Shown here: positions 1 through 9,993 of the stretch, piece by piece
Numbering within the stretch: the stretch's first letter is position 1
Layout of the letters: each line of letters starts with the position of its first letter
Assembly: GCA_001805575.1 (NCBI GenBank)
Contig: MHGN01000063.1
Coordinates: 1 to 50,240 of the forward strand
DNA: 50,240 bases
Direction: 5' to 3'
From: Omnitrophica WOR_2 bacterium RIFCSPHIGHO2_02_FULL_45_21
GTDB lineage: Bacteria > Omnitrophota > Gorgyraeia > Gygaellales > UBA12090
The notes under the pieces: generated by a model
What the model saw: the letters and a program-made list of their open reading frames with translations, nothing else
Told to the model about the DNA's origin: nothing
The model's database searches: none
Position numbers and translations under genes: made by a program

Positions 1-1297
1 ATTTCTTTTCACCTAAGGCTAAAAAGCCCAGAAGCCGGCCCCTGGAAGAAGCAGGAATAATCAGGGCGGCAGATAAACTCTCCATCCGGGAGGATATTTC
101 GCGAACAAGCTCGCCTGATTTATCTTTTATGTTTTGGGCCTGCGTTTTTATCTCTTCATAAACTAAAGGCTCTTCAAGCGCTGATAATCTCTGAATTAAA
201 ACATCGTCCTTATCTAGGTATTCTACGTAGCCATATTTGCTCCTTAGCCTGACTGCTTCTAACTTATACCGCCCCCCTTCTTCATCCAGGAGGAAAACCG
301 CAGCATTGTCTAATTTGAGTATCTTGCAAGTGACATGCACCATAAGGCTGACTAACCTTTTAATACTGCGTATGCGCATCATGCCTTCTGAGGCCTGCTT
401 AAGAAGCTCGCGGCCGCGGCGTTCTTCGGCTTGGATACCGGCTTCAGCGCGGCGGCGGAGGAAAATGAAAATAAAAGGCCCACCTGAGGCAAGTATAACA
501 GTAATCCAGGTGGCCAGTTGCCATAATTCATAACGATAACCTAACACAAAAGGTATACCTAAGACAAATAAATAAACAAAAATAAAGATACCAGCACGTG
601 TTAAAGCGATATTAATATCCATGAGGCGGTATTTGAGGATGGCATAGGCCATTATTGCAAAATAGACAACAAGTATATAATCATCTAAAGGTGGGAAGCG
701 TTTAATGCCTAAAACTGAAGAAAAATATTCATAACCGGCGGACAAAGCAACTAATTGAGAAATAAACATGTATTTTAACTGATTCCGCCGTGCACCTGTT
801 GATTCCTTGATTGATGTATAAAGCGTGCTCAAACCCAAATAAGTACCAAATCCAAAGAAAAGTATAAAGACATAATACGCCGGACCAGGATTGGAAATTA
901 AAACACCATATGGTTCTATTATCCTAATCCCTTTAATAAATAGATTACTGAATAAGAAAAATAACAAACCTAAAGAAAGTAAATATGAAATAGGGATAAT
1001 ACTGGTTTTATTTCTCTTTTGGCCAGTTATAAAATAAATAAAATGAAGGTAAATGGGAGGCAATATTACTGCGAATAAATAACAAAATCTTAAGACTAAA
1101 AGAGCAATATACTTATTTGAGATACTATTAACTAACGATGAACCGACACTCCAAAATGCAATGGTAACGCTGAACAAACAGAAGAATGTATTAATAGAAT
1201 TCTTTCTATTTTTAGAATAAACAAACCCTCCGATAAATAAATTAATCACAAATGACAAGTAACCGCTAAAATTAAGCAAAGCGACAAAATTATTCAT
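1..1297 (-). CDS. Membrane sensor with N-terminal HisKA_7TM domain followed by a GAF-like region (probable histidine kinase); runs off the window
   Basis: Not in the ORF track; read by hand. ATG at 1297 overlaps the upstream stop (ATGA). MNNFVALLNFSGYLSFVINLFIGGFVYSKNRKNSINTFF... has several hydrophobic segments, the AYAILKYRLMDI motif, then a soluble LLKQASEGMMRIRS...NAAVFLLDE region. Confidence 0.75.
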   Translation of the reverse strand, partial: MNNFVALLNFSGYLSFVINLFIGGFVYSKNRKNSINTFFCLFSVTIAFWSVGSSLVNSISNKYIALLVLRFCYLFAVILPPIYLHFIYFITGQKRNKTSIIPISYLLSLGLLFFLFSNLFIKGIRIIEPYGVLISNPGPAYYVFILFFGFGTYLGLSTLYTSIKESTGARRNQLKYMFISQLVALSAGYEYFSSVLGIKRFPPLDDYILVVYFAIMAYAILKYRLMDINIALTRAGIFIFVYLFVLGIPFVLGYRYELWQLATWITVILASGGPFIFIFLRRRAEAGIQAEERRGRELLKQASEGMMRIRSIKRLVSLMVHVTCKILKLDNAAVFLLDEEGGRYKLEAVRLRSKYGYVEYLDKDDVLIQRLSALEEPLVYEEIKTQAQNIKDKSGELVREISSRMESLSAALIIPASSRGRLLGFLALGEKK

Positions 1298-1731
1298 GTC
1301 TTTGTATTACTTTCTACGGTATTTTTTAAGCAAGATAAAATATTGGCTGTTGTCTTCGGTATAAGTAAACTCCCGATAACTTTCTCAAATAATTTTCCAA
1401 AAAAAAACTGAAAATTAAATTGTGTCCTTATGGTTGCTCTTGTACTCTTTTTATTTAAACCCTCAAATAACCAAGTTGCCCTTAATCCCTTAAGTAGTCC
1501 TTTTGTTTGAGTAAAATCTATGGATTTATTTTTATACTTGATTCCCTCGCCTTCCCATTTCAATATTTTACCATAAAATGATGAGCATATTTTTACAACT
1601 ATCTTACTCTGGTTTTCAAATATTATTTCCTTTTCTTTGTAGAAATCCACAAACCTCGGATAAGTTTCGGCCACAGCATAAACTTTTTCCAACTCTCTGT
1701 CGATAACGATGGACTTTTCGCTCTGAAACAT
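1294..1731 (-). CDS. SRPBCC/START-fold polyketide cyclase/aromatase-like protein
   Basis: SIVIDRELEKVYAVAETYPRF N-terminus and F.QTKG.LKGL.ATW.F motif typical of Polyketide_cyc/SRPBCC. Confidence 0.75.
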   Translation of the reverse strand: MFQSEKSIVIDRELEKVYAVAETYPRFVDFYKEKEIIFENQSKIVVKICSSFYGKILKWEGEGIKYKNKSIDFTQTKGLLKGLRATWLFEGLNKKSTRATIRTQFNFQFFFGKLFEKVIGSLLIPKTTANILSCLKNTVESNTKT

Positions 1732-1735
1732 ATGC

Positions 1736-2569
1736 TTACTCCACGATCGCCACCGCTCTTATCCAGCCAGCACTTGCACTTTTTATGTTTATTGGAAAAC
1801 ATGCTACCGTAAAATCAAAAGGGCGAGGGATTTTATCCAAATTAACTAATTTCTCAATATGGCAATACTCCTTTTCTTTACCTACAAGGTGAGCAGGCCA
1901 TAGGCATTCTTTGTTTTTAGTTCTTAAATAATTTTTAACCATATCCTCAAAAGGCCTATCAAATCCCCAGGTATCAGTTCCTATAATTTTTACTCCTTTG
2001 TCAAGCAGCCAAAGTGTAGCTTCTTTGCTCATTCCAGGATACTCAAAGAGATACCTCCTTTCATGAGAAAATTTATCTGAGCCTGTCATAATCAAAACAA
2101 TGTCTTTTTCTTTAATCTCATAATTTATTTTCTTACAAGCTGCCTCAAGATCGCTAACCTCGATTTCTTCTCTTTGCTGTTTATGTCGCAGATCTAACAC
2201 TACACCTTTTCCGTAACACCAATCCAGTGGAATTTGATCTATAGTCTTGGATGGCCTGCCATCAGAAGATGGACTGAAATGCCAAGGTGCGTCTAAATGA
2301 GTTCCTGCATGCGTTCCCATTTTAACTTCTTCCCATGCCAAGCCAATTCTATTTGGGAAATCTTGATAGCTTACCTTCTTTATGCCAAGGAAATATAATA
2401 GAAAATTATACAACGTCTGAAGAAAAGATTTTTCTGAAATCATTCCGGCCAACCCTAATAAATTAGCTCCTTTTTTGTGATTTATGAATTTTATTCTGGG
2501 TGAGATAAATTCTTGATTTGAAGCTTCTATAGATAAGCTTAAATCTATTATTCGATATTTGTCAGGCAT
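1736..2569 (-). CDS. Cyclase family (kynurenine formamidase/polyketide cyclase-like) metal-dependent protein
   Basis: HAGTHLDAPWH motif, IGTDTWGFD, HIEKLVNL, SAGWIRAVA. Confidence 0.85.
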   Translation of the reverse strand: MPDKYRIIDLSLSIEASNQEFISPRIKFINHKKGANLLGLAGMISEKSFLQTLYNFLLYFLGIKKVSYQDFPNRIGLAWEEVKMGTHAGTHLDAPWHFSPSSDGRPSKTIDQIPLDWCYGKGVVLDLRHKQQREEIEVSDLEAACKKINYEIKEKDIVLIMTGSDKFSHERRYLFEYPGMSKEATLWLLDKGVKIIGTDTWGFDRPFEDMVKNYLRTKNKECLWPAHLVGKEKEYCHIEKLVNLDKIPRPFDFTVACFPINIKSASAGWIRAVAIVE

Positions 2570-3803
2570 CTATATATTTTTTCAACACAATAATTGAATT
2601 CTTGCCGCCAAAAGCAAAGGAATTTGATAGGGCGATATTAACTTTCTTAGAAATAGCCTTATTAGGTACATAGTTAAGATCGCATTCCGGGTCCGGCGTT
2701 TGATAGTTAATAGTGGGATGGATTATTCCCTTTTTTAAAGCAAGAATAGTGGCAATAATCTCTAATACTCCACAGGCACCCTGGGTATGACCAATCATAG
2801 ATTTAGTTGAACTTATAGGAATCTTATAGGCATACTCCCCGAATACCTCTTTTATCACAACGGTTTCATTGGCATCATTCATTTGTGTGCCTGTTCCATG
2901 GGCATTTATATACTCAACTTCATTGGGTGCGATACCCGCACTCTTTAAGGCTATTTTTATTGCGCGAACCTTCTCCTTCCCGATAGGTTCCGTGCTCGCC
3001 ATATTATAAGCATCTGTAGTTGTAGCTGAACCTACGATTTCTGCATATATAGGAACGCTGCGTTTCAAGGCATATCCTAACTCTTCCATAATTAACATCC
3101 CCGCTCCTTCGCTAAGTACTGTACCATCTCTATTCTTATCAAACGGTGCCGGAGTGTTATTTTCTTTTTGAGAAAGGACTCTCGCCTGAGAAAAGGCACA
3201 CATAATCGACTCCGACAAAGGCGCATCTGTGCCACCAGCTATACAGACATCTGTTTCCCCGAGTTTTATTCTTTTATAGGCATCTATCGTAGAATTTGTG
3301 CTGGCAGCGCAACCAGCGCAAATAGTTTCAGCCGGACCCCTAAGGCCGAAAATTATGGCCAGTTGCCCTGAACAAGCATCAGGAAAACAAGAAACCGCAG
3401 CAAATGGGCTTAGGTTTTTATAACCTTTGGTAAAATAAACCCTCAATTGTTCTATATATGAAACATGTCCGCTCATAGCGGTACCAATTATTGTATGAAT
3501 TTCTTCTTGAAGTTTATCGGTAAGTTGCAATCTTGCATCCTCTAACGCCATACGTGTAGCAGCTACTGCCAAGTGAGTAGAGCGGTCTGTTCTATGAATG
3601 GCTTTTATAGACATGAATGCCTTAGGATCAAAATCATTTATTTCCCCTGCTAAATGAAAAGGAAAGATAGAAGAATCAAAATAAGTAATCTTTTTTATAC
3701 CGGAATTGCCATTTTTAAGCGCATCCCAAAACTCATCTTTACCTATACCATTAGGAGCAATTGCTCCAATACCTGTTATAACAACCCTTCTATTGTTATC
3801 CAT
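2562..3803 (-). CDS. fabF: Beta-ketoacyl-ACP synthase (FabF/type II PKS KS-like), catalytic triad intact
   Basis: RRVVITGIG start; AGCAAS catalytic Cys; NAHGTGT; KSMIGHTQGA; NSFAFGG. Confidence 0.85.
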   Translation of the reverse strand: MDNNRRVVITGIGAIAPNGIGKDEFWDALKNGNSGIKKITYFDSSIFPFHLAGEINDFDPKAFMSIKAIHRTDRSTHLAVAATRMALEDARLQLTDKLQEEIHTIIGTAMSGHVSYIEQLRVYFTKGYKNLSPFAAVSCFPDACSGQLAIIFGLRGPAETICAGCAASTNSTIDAYKRIKLGETDVCIAGGTDAPLSESIMCAFSQARVLSQKENNTPAPFDKNRDGTVLSEGAGMLIMEELGYALKRSVPIYAEIVGSATTTDAYNMASTEPIGKEKVRAIKIALKSAGIAPNEVEYINAHGTGTQMNDANETVVIKEVFGEYAYKIPISSTKSMIGHTQGACGVLEIIATILALKKGIIHPTINYQTPDPECDLNYVPNKAISKKVNIALSNSFAFGGKNSIIVLKKYIDA

Positions 3804-3806
3804 AGA

Positions 3807-4181
3807 TCATTGTTTACCTAAAGATTTAGCTATCTCTGCTAAAAATTCTTTCATATCAAATGGTTTAAAGATTACTTCACCAAATTTCTTGGCTTTTATA
3901 TGAGCGTCGGAATCAGCGTAACCAGTAATAAAGATAACAGGTATATCAGATTTGGACTTGTTTTCAAGATATTTCTTGATATGTTGAACTGTTTCAAGAC
4001 CATCCATATTAGGCATCCTGATGTCTGCGATTATTAAATCGGAACCTGTCTTTTTAATTTCCTCAATGGCCTCTAAACCATTTTCAACTACTATAGTAAT
4101 ATAACCTTCCCTTTTTAATAAATTACCAACTGTTCTGGTTATCATCCCATCATCATCAATCACCAAAATCTTCTTTGCCAT
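3807..4181 (-). CDS. Single-domain response regulator (receiver)
   Basis: ILVIDDD, ADIRMP phospho-Asp, FITGY, KPF. Confidence 0.92.
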   Translation of the reverse strand: MAKKILVIDDDGMITRTVGNLLKREGYITIVVENGLEAIEEIKKTGSDLIIADIRMPNMDGLETVQHIKKYLENKSKSDIPVIFITGYADSDAHIKAKKFGEVIFKPFDMKEFLAEIAKSLGKQ

Positions 4182-4222
4182 TTTTGAATCTCCTGTGCTG
4201 TATATTTAGTTTAACACAATTC

Positions 4223-4471
4223 TTAAGACCTGAGAAAGGTTATTCTCTCCGTAACCCCAGAACTGTTCCTGCGGTTCTTTATATATTTCAATGAGTAAAA
4301 GTGCGTTCTGGTACGATTTCCATTAATTAAGTGATGTATCCCTGGAATTCTATTTAGATTTGATTTGGGATTTCTAAGAAATACAAATATGGCGAGGAAT
4401 AAACAGGTAATAAAGTTCAATGTTGCAGAAAATGAATAGTAGACCAAAGGAATACTTTGAAGGTTAATCAT
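4223..4471 (-). pseudogene. Truncated HisKA_7TM sensor N-terminus (about 42 aa) fused to unrelated sequence
   Basis: FSATLNFITCLFLAIFVFLRNPKSNLNRI resembles the first TM and loop of the sensor at 1-1297, then similarity ends abruptly near 4345. Confidence 0.6.
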
Positions 4472-4482
4472 AAAAAATTCCG

Positions 4483-5835
4483 CTACAGCTTTGTGATGGT
4501 AAAATAATAAATATATTCAAAGTCATCGGAATCGGAAGAAAGGTTAAATTTTGAAACACCACAGTCATAAACTAAGTTAATGACCTCTTCTTTATTTCGT
4601 GACACAAATTTCCAATCGCAAAACCAATCTGGAGGTATAGTGGGAAATGTTTTCTCTTTGTTCTTATGAGTTAAAACCAGCTTTCCGCCTTTCGGAAGAA
4701 GCCTATATAATGCGTTAATTAACTTCTTTAAAATTCTATCGGGCAGATAATCAATTAAGCCTATGCTATAAATCAAATTTTGCACGCCAAGCAATCGGGT
4801 TGTATTCTCAACCTTTATTATATTCATAATATCTTCTTTAATAAACTTAAACGACACATTTTTGGGCCTGGCAGAAAGAAGAATGTCCCGCGAAAATTGT
4901 AATGCTTCCTCATCCCAATCTAAACAACTAAAATTAACAGAACTGTCTGTTTTTAAATCCGGCAATAACTCTTTAATTTCTCGGCAAGAACCGCATGCAA
5001 TATCCAATATATCTATTTTTTTTATTTTTGCCTCATTAATATATCGCTGTAGTATTTCACGTAAATGATCCTTCCGAATTCTTACTGCTACTGCATAAGG
5101 ACTTTTTAAAAAATAATTATCGAAATACAGCCCTATATTTTTTGTTTTTGAGATAACGGAGTTATCGTAAACTATCTCTAACATTTTATAGTCTCCGGGA
5201 TAACCACGTGGTTTCTCATATCCACGTTTAACAATCATACTTTTATAACTCCACACTCCAACCAAATGCCTAAAATGCTCCTTTATCTTCTGTATTATAA
5301 TTTTATCAGAGAGTAATTCATCTAAATAATAGCCTTTCAGCAGGATTTGATTATTCAATTGATCTAATCTTTTTTCTGCGTCTTCTGAAAAATCATTATT
5401 TTTTAATAAATCTCTGCTGAGTTTGATAACCTCATTTACGTAATTAAGTATGTCTTTTAAAAAGAAATCGTAAACCTGTTCTCTTATATCGTGCGCCTCA
5501 ATTTCATTTAAAAGCGGGCTTATTTGTGTTTTTATCAACTCTTTTCTTAGCTCGGACTTTTGATTTTCGGTTAAATCCAAAAATTCCATTCCATATGAGG
5601 AGCTACCGGTTTTAAGGTTTCTTCTCCAGACGAGTTTAGCTTCCATTTTTAAATTGGTGTCTGGAAAATGTACGCGCAACGATATGTTCGGACTAGAGAT
5701 CATTTCTGAGGAGTTTATACTTATTCCATTCTCGCTTAGATCGATTGAGGCAGTGTGTATGCTTTTAGGGATATCTACTTTTAAATCCGCTTTTATGCGG
5801 GGAAACGATCTTTTTTCTTCGTAATCCTGAGCCAT
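4483..5835 (-). CDS. PilZ domain fused to a class I SAM-dependent methyltransferase (PhcB-like)
   Basis: PilZ RSFPR and DLSENG motifs; KPRGYPGDY motif; ILDIACGS SAM-binding motif; GLIDYL. Confidence 0.75.
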   Translation of the reverse strand: MAQDYEEKRSFPRIKADLKVDIPKSIHTASIDLSENGISINSSEMISSPNISLRVHFPDTNLKMEAKLVWRRNLKTGSSSYGMEFLDLTENQKSELRKELIKTQISPLLNEIEAHDIREQVYDFFLKDILNYVNEVIKLSRDLLKNNDFSEDAEKRLDQLNNQILLKGYYLDELLSDKIIIQKIKEHFRHLVGVWSYKSMIVKRGYEKPRGYPGDYKMLEIVYDNSVISKTKNIGLYFDNYFLKSPYAVAVRIRKDHLREILQRYINEAKIKKIDILDIACGSCREIKELLPDLKTDSSVNFSCLDWDEEALQFSRDILLSARPKNVSFKFIKEDIMNIIKVENTTRLLGVQNLIYSIGLIDYLPDRILKKLINALYRLLPKGGKLVLTHKNKEKTFPTIPPDWFCDWKFVSRNKEEVINLVYDCGVSKFNLSSDSDDFEYIYYFTITKL

Positions 5836-5860
5836 CTTATCCTCTGCAATTTCCTAACAA

Positions 5861-6235
5861 CTACGCAAGATTTCTTCTGACAACTTCCAGGAAATCCGCT
5901 ATGTCAAAAGGCTTGTAAATATAGTCTGCTACCTTTAGATCTATTGCCTTTTCATATTTTTCAATATCAGCGTATCCGGTAATTAAAATTTCAGGAATCA
6001 ATTTTCTATTCAATTTTTTTAGGTAATTCCTGGCCTGCTCGATTGTTTCTATCCCATCCATTTCTGGCATTCTAACATCACAAATAATAAGGTCATAATT
6101 GGACTCTTTTACTTTATCTATGGCTTCCTTCCCGCTTCTGACCACGGTTGTGCTGTATCCTTCTTTGTCTAATAATTTTAACAGGCTTTTTGTAATCAAC
6201 TCCTCATCATCAACCACCAAAATCTTCTTTGCCAT
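5861..6235 (-). CDS. Single-domain response regulator (receiver)
   Basis: ILVVDDE, CDVRMP, ITGY, KPF. Confidence 0.92.
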   Translation of the reverse strand: MAKKILVVDDEELITKSLLKLLDKEGYSTTVVRSGKEAIDKVKESNYDLIICDVRMPEMDGIETIEQARNYLKKLNRKLIPEILITGYADIEKYEKAIDLKVADYIYKPFDIADFLEVVRRNLA

Positions 6236-6250
6236 ATTCGCATTCTCCAG

Positions 6251-6622
6251 TTATACTCCCGTATAATTAGTCATGTATTTTAAGAATTCCTGATTATCAA
6301 AAGGTTTAAATATCACCTCACCCAATTCTTTGGCTTCAAGATTAATTTTAGAGTCAGTATAACCAGTAATAAAGATTACCGGAATATCAGGCTTGTGTTT
6401 AGCTTTTAGGATTTCTTTTATTCTTTTTACGGTCTCTACCCCGCCTATTTCTGGCATCCTTATATCCACCACAATAAGGTCAATATGCGTGTCTTTGATT
6501 CTATCTATGGCATCAAAACCATTTTCTAAAGCCTCAGCAGAAAAACCGCTCTTATTCAAAAGCCCGCAGAGGCTTTTGCTTACCATACCGTCGTCATCGA
6601 TTACCAAAATATTTTTGGCCAT
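6251..6622 (-). CDS. Single-domain response regulator (receiver)
   Basis: ILVIDDD, VDIRMP, FITGY, KPF; AGGAGG RBS upstream. Confidence 0.92.
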   Translation of the reverse strand: MAKNILVIDDDGMVSKSLCGLLNKSGFSAEALENGFDAIDRIKDTHIDLIVVDIRMPEIGGVETVKRIKEILKAKHKPDIPVIFITGYTDSKINLEAKELGEVIFKPFDNQEFLKYMTNYTGV

Positions 6623-6701
6623 TAACCTGTATCCTCCTGCTTCTTTAGCCGGGCATCGAGCTTAGGCTTCTTAAATCTCCAGTGCCGGCTGGAAAGCAGC
6701 T

Positions 6702-7223
6702 TTATTTCAGGAGGATTCCCAGGATTCCGGCGCAGATAATAATCATGGCGGGCTCAATCTTGGTGAAAAGGAAAAAGCTAAAAGCTGATATAATTACCAG
6801 AAGGTTTTTAAGCTGGGTCAGCCTGTCAATGCTGACGGTCTGAAAGGCCACGGCAATAATCATTGCGAATACCGCCAATTCAATCATATTAAAGGCATTC
6901 TTAACCTGCGGCCGCTCCTTATATTTGAGATAGAAAAACGACGCTAAAGCTACCAGCAGGGCAGGGGCTAAGAGGTTCCCGATATTAGCGGCTGCCGCTC
7001 CCCAGATACCGGCTATCTTATAACCGGTATAGGTAGCATATTTTATGGATATTGCTCCCGGGAATATCTTGACGATACTCAAGACATCCAGGAATTCTTC
7101 CTTGCTTAACCAATTATATTTCTGGACTACCTCTTTTTCTATTAACGGTAAAAATGAATATGCCCCGCCCACGGCGAAAAAGCCTACTTTCAAAAAAGAC
7201 AGAAATAATTTTAATAAAATCAT
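6702..7223 (-). CDS. chrA: Short-chain chromate ion transporter (CHR family)
   Basis: FLKVGFFAVGGAY and FPGAISI motifs; start placed at MILLKLF (7223) rather than 7265. Confidence 0.85.
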   Translation of the reverse strand: MILLKLFLSFLKVGFFAVGGAYSFLPLIEKEVVQKYNWLSKEEFLDVLSIVKIFPGAISIKYATYTGYKIAGIWGAAAANIGNLLAPALLVALASFFYLKYKERPQVKNAFNMIELAVFAMIIAVAFQTVSIDRLTQLKNLLVIISAFSFFLFTKIEPAMIIICAGILGILLK

Positions 7224-7233
7224 TTTTAATCCG

Positions 7234-7722
7234 TTAGGCGCAGGTGGCGTGGTCCTGCCCGGCAATCATATCCAAGGCATGGACGATAATATCCATAATA
7301 ACCTCTAAAGATTCTTTAACTGCCTTAGGGCTACCGGGAAAATTTATAATTAAAGTCCTGCCCCGCATCCCGGCAACTGCCCGGGAAAGAATTGCCCGCG
7401 GGCTCAACTTAAAACATCCGCTGCGTATTGCCTCTGGTATTCCCTGTACTTCTTTATCTATTACTGCCTTGGTTGCCTCAGGGGTAACGTCTCGCGGGGT
7501 AAATCCGGTTCCGCCATCAGTCAAAACCAAATCTACTTTCAGCTTATCGCTATAATCAATCAACTTTGCTTTAATAATATCCACTTCATCCGGGATAATC
7601 TCGTATTTTACTACTTGAAGAGGAAGATTTTTGATAAGCTCCCGGATAACCTTTCCGCTTAGATCCTCTCTTTCGCCCCTGGAACATCTATCGCTTATGG
7701 TCAATATTACTACTTTATACAT
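7234..7722 (-). CDS. mog: Molybdopterin adenylyltransferase MogA/MoaB family
   Basis: TISDR, DLSG, TDGGTGFTPRDVTPEAT, ILSRAVAG, NFPGSPKA. Confidence 0.92.
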   Translation of the reverse strand: MYKVVILTISDRCSRGEREDLSGKVIRELIKNLPLQVVKYEIIPDEVDIIKAKLIDYSDKLKVDLVLTDGGTGFTPRDVTPEATKAVIDKEVQGIPEAIRSGCFKLSPRAILSRAVAGMRGRTLIINFPGSPKAVKESLEVIMDIIVHALDMIAGQDHATCA

Positions 7723-8195
7723 AGTATCTTAATGCTATCCCCGACTTTAACTTTGCCGCCTTTTAATACCTTAACAAAAATCCCTTCTTTAGGCATCACG
7801 CAGTCACCGGCTTGATAATAAATATTACAACGAGTATGACAAACTTTACCAATCTGAGAGATTTGCAATTCAACATCTTTACCTATTCTAAATCTATCGC
7901 CGAGCTCTAGACTCAGCAAATCAAAACCCTCAGTGGTGATATTCTCGGCAAAATCACCCGGACCCACCTTCAATCCTTTCTCCTGCATCTTCTTTATTGA
8001 TTCCACAGCTAAGAGGCTTACCTGCCTATTTTTTGTCCCCGCGTGCGCATCGCCAATAATGCCAAAATCCTCTTTTAAAATGGCTTGCTTAACATTAGCC
8101 TTCTTTATTCCTTTTTCCTTAGATATGGAAATTGCTTTAATTATGCCTTCGGCTTGAGACTGGGAACTTGTGACTTGAGACTTATTTTCTGACAT
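7710..8195 (-). CDS. MOSC domain protein
   Basis: GDAHAG, RQVSLL, PGDFAENIT, QIGKVCH, GDCVMPKEG. Confidence 0.88.
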   Translation of the reverse strand: MSENKSQVTSSQSQAEGIIKAISISKEKGIKKANVKQAILKEDFGIIGDAHAGTKNRQVSLLAVESIKKMQEKGLKVGPGDFAENITTEGFDLLSLELGDRFRIGKDVELQISQIGKVCHTRCNIYYQAGDCVMPKEGIFVKVLKGGKVKVGDSIKILCIK

Positions 8196-8616
8196 ACCTT
8201 CCGCTCTTTCCGCCGCTTTTTCTTAAAAGCTTTATTTCTGAAATCACTATATCTTTATCCAGAGGCTTACACATATCATAAATGGTTAAGGCTGCTATTG
8301 AGGTTGCGGTTAGCGCTTCCATCTCCATTCCGGTTTTGGCTTTGCCTTTTACTATAGCAGTGATGATTATCTTTTTATTCTCTAAAGTAAAATCTATCTT
8401 TACAGATTCTATAGGTATCGGATGGCATAAAGGAATAAGCTCCGGGGTTTTTTTCGCGGCTAAGATTCCGGCTAATTTCGCGGCTTCTAAACAATCGCCC
8501 TTAGGTATCTTTCTGCTTTTGATTAACTCAATCACCCGCGGCTTGATGAAAACTATGCCTTCAGCTACAGCCTGGCGCGCCGTGACATCTTTTTTTGATA
8601 TATCTACCATACCCAT
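8182..8616 (-). CDS. moaC: Cyclic pyranopterin monophosphate synthase
   Basis: MVDISKK, LIPLCHP, TGMEMEAL, YDMCK, KSGGKSG. Confidence 0.96.
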   Translation of the reverse strand: MGMVDISKKDVTARQAVAEGIVFIKPRVIELIKSRKIPKGDCLEAAKLAGILAAKKTPELIPLCHPIPIESVKIDFTLENKKIIITAIVKGKAKTGMEMEALTATSIAALTIYDMCKPLDKDIVISEIKLLRKSGGKSGRYVRK

Positions 8617-8617
8617 A

Positions 8618-8953
8618 TCATTTTCTTCTTCTAATCTTAAGCTTTTTTAGAATATCATTAACCCAAGATAAAGTTGCCATTGCCTGCGGCCAGCCGATAG
8701 TGGTAACGCCCAGCAAGGCCGCCTGATAGATTGCTTCATCGGTTATGCCGGCTTCCCTACACTTACGCACCTGCGAATGCACTCCGCCTTCTGTCTTTGC
8801 GCCTATTGAGATGCCGAGCTTTACTAATCTTTGGCTGCGCTCATCCAGGCCTTTTACTTCTGAGATTGCCTTTGCTAAATCCTCGTAGCTTTTTGCGATT
8901 TTAGGATATTTCCTGACGACTTCTTGGAAAAATTCCGGAAGCTGTTTTTTCAT
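8618..8953 (-). CDS. Carboxymuconolactone decarboxylase/AhpD-like protein
   Basis: LVKLGISIGA.TEGGVHSQVRK and TTIGWP pattern of the CMD family. Confidence 0.8.
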   Translation of the reverse strand: MKKQLPEFFQEVVRKYPKIAKSYEDLAKAISEVKGLDERSQRLVKLGISIGAKTEGGVHSQVRKCREAGITDEAIYQAALLGVTTIGWPQAMATLSWVNDILKKLKIRRRK

Positions 8954-8971
8954 TTTGTCATCTCCCTCATT

Positions 8972-9982
8972 TTAGCCGCCTATCTGGCACATACTGAAAT
9001 TCTCAGACTCAGAATCTAAAGACGCATGCGCTAATCCTGATCGCTCAGCCAGGTTATGCGCTCTTGGTTTTAAAAACACCGCTTCTTTTATCAATTGCCC
9101 TAATTCCTCTTCTTGAGCGTTCCTATCTAACAGCGCTTTTAGATTAAGGGTCCGGGATGAATGCAGGCAATTCCTGATTCTGCCGTCTGAGGTTAATCTT
9201 AGCTTATTGCAGGATGAGCAAAACGGCTGGCTGACCGCAGATATAAAGCCCAGGCTGCCAGAAAATCCTTCGAGCCTGAAAATTCGGGCAGTTGCGCCGT
9301 GTGCGCTGTCTAAGGGTTTCAGCTCTCCTAAACCGCAGCAGAGGGCTTTTGCTTCTTGCGCGCTAAAGAAAAGCTCGTTATACGAAAAGTAGTTAAAATC
9401 AGTGGGCATATATTCAATAAACCTGACATTAATTGGCCTATCCTTAGTTAAGCCGGCAAAAGAAAGGATTTCATCGCTGTTAAAGCCTTTGAGCAAAACT
9501 GTATTAATCTTAAGGAAAGAAAAACCTGCATCCAAAGCAGAATCTATGCCTCTTAGAACCACTTTAAGGCTTCCGCCGCGGGTTATCTCTTGAAATTTAT
9601 CCGCATTAAGGCTATCTAAACTAACATTTATTCTGTCTAAGCCGGATTTTCTCAAAATAAAAGCATATTCAGCAAGATTTATCCCATTAGTAGTAAGCGC
9701 TATCTCCTTTAATCCCCCGATGGTTTTAAGCTGCTCGATCAAAAGAGGCAAATCCTTTCTTACCAAAGGCTCGCCACCGGTGATTCTTACCTTTTCTATT
9801 CCCAGGCCTGCCGCTACCTTTACGAGCTTGTAAATCTGCTCAAAAGACAAAATCTCCTGATGCGGCTTATGCATAATGCCTTCTTTCGGCATACAATATA
9901 CACAGCGCAGGTTACACCTATCGGTAACCGATATGCGCAGATAATTTATTTCTCTGCCAAATTTGTCTCTAAGTTTTCCCAT
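8972..9982 (-). CDS. moaA: GTP 3',8-cyclase
   Basis: YLRISVTDRCNLRCVYC, RITGGEP, FCSSCNKLRLT, C-terminal MCQIGG. Confidence 0.97.
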   Translation of the reverse strand: MGKLRDKFGREINYLRISVTDRCNLRCVYCMPKEGIMHKPHQEILSFEQIYKLVKVAAGLGIEKVRITGGEPLVRKDLPLLIEQLKTIGGLKEIALTTNGINLAEYAFILRKSGLDRINVSLDSLNADKFQEITRGGSLKVVLRGIDSALDAGFSFLKINTVLLKGFNSDEILSFAGLTKDRPINVRFIEYMPTDFNYFSYNELFFSAQEAKALCCGLGELKPLDSAHGATARIFRLEGFSGSLGFISAVSQPFCSSCNKLRLTSDGRIRNCLHSSRTLNLKALLDRNAQEEELGQLIKEAVFLKPRAHNLAERSGLAHASLDSESENFSMCQIGG

Positions 9983-9993
9983 ATACAGAATAA

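Noticed and set aside
6623-6701. Possible 3' gene remnant (LLSSRHWRFKKPKLDARLKKQEDTG*) at the locus boundary
   Set aside because: Too short to assign to any family
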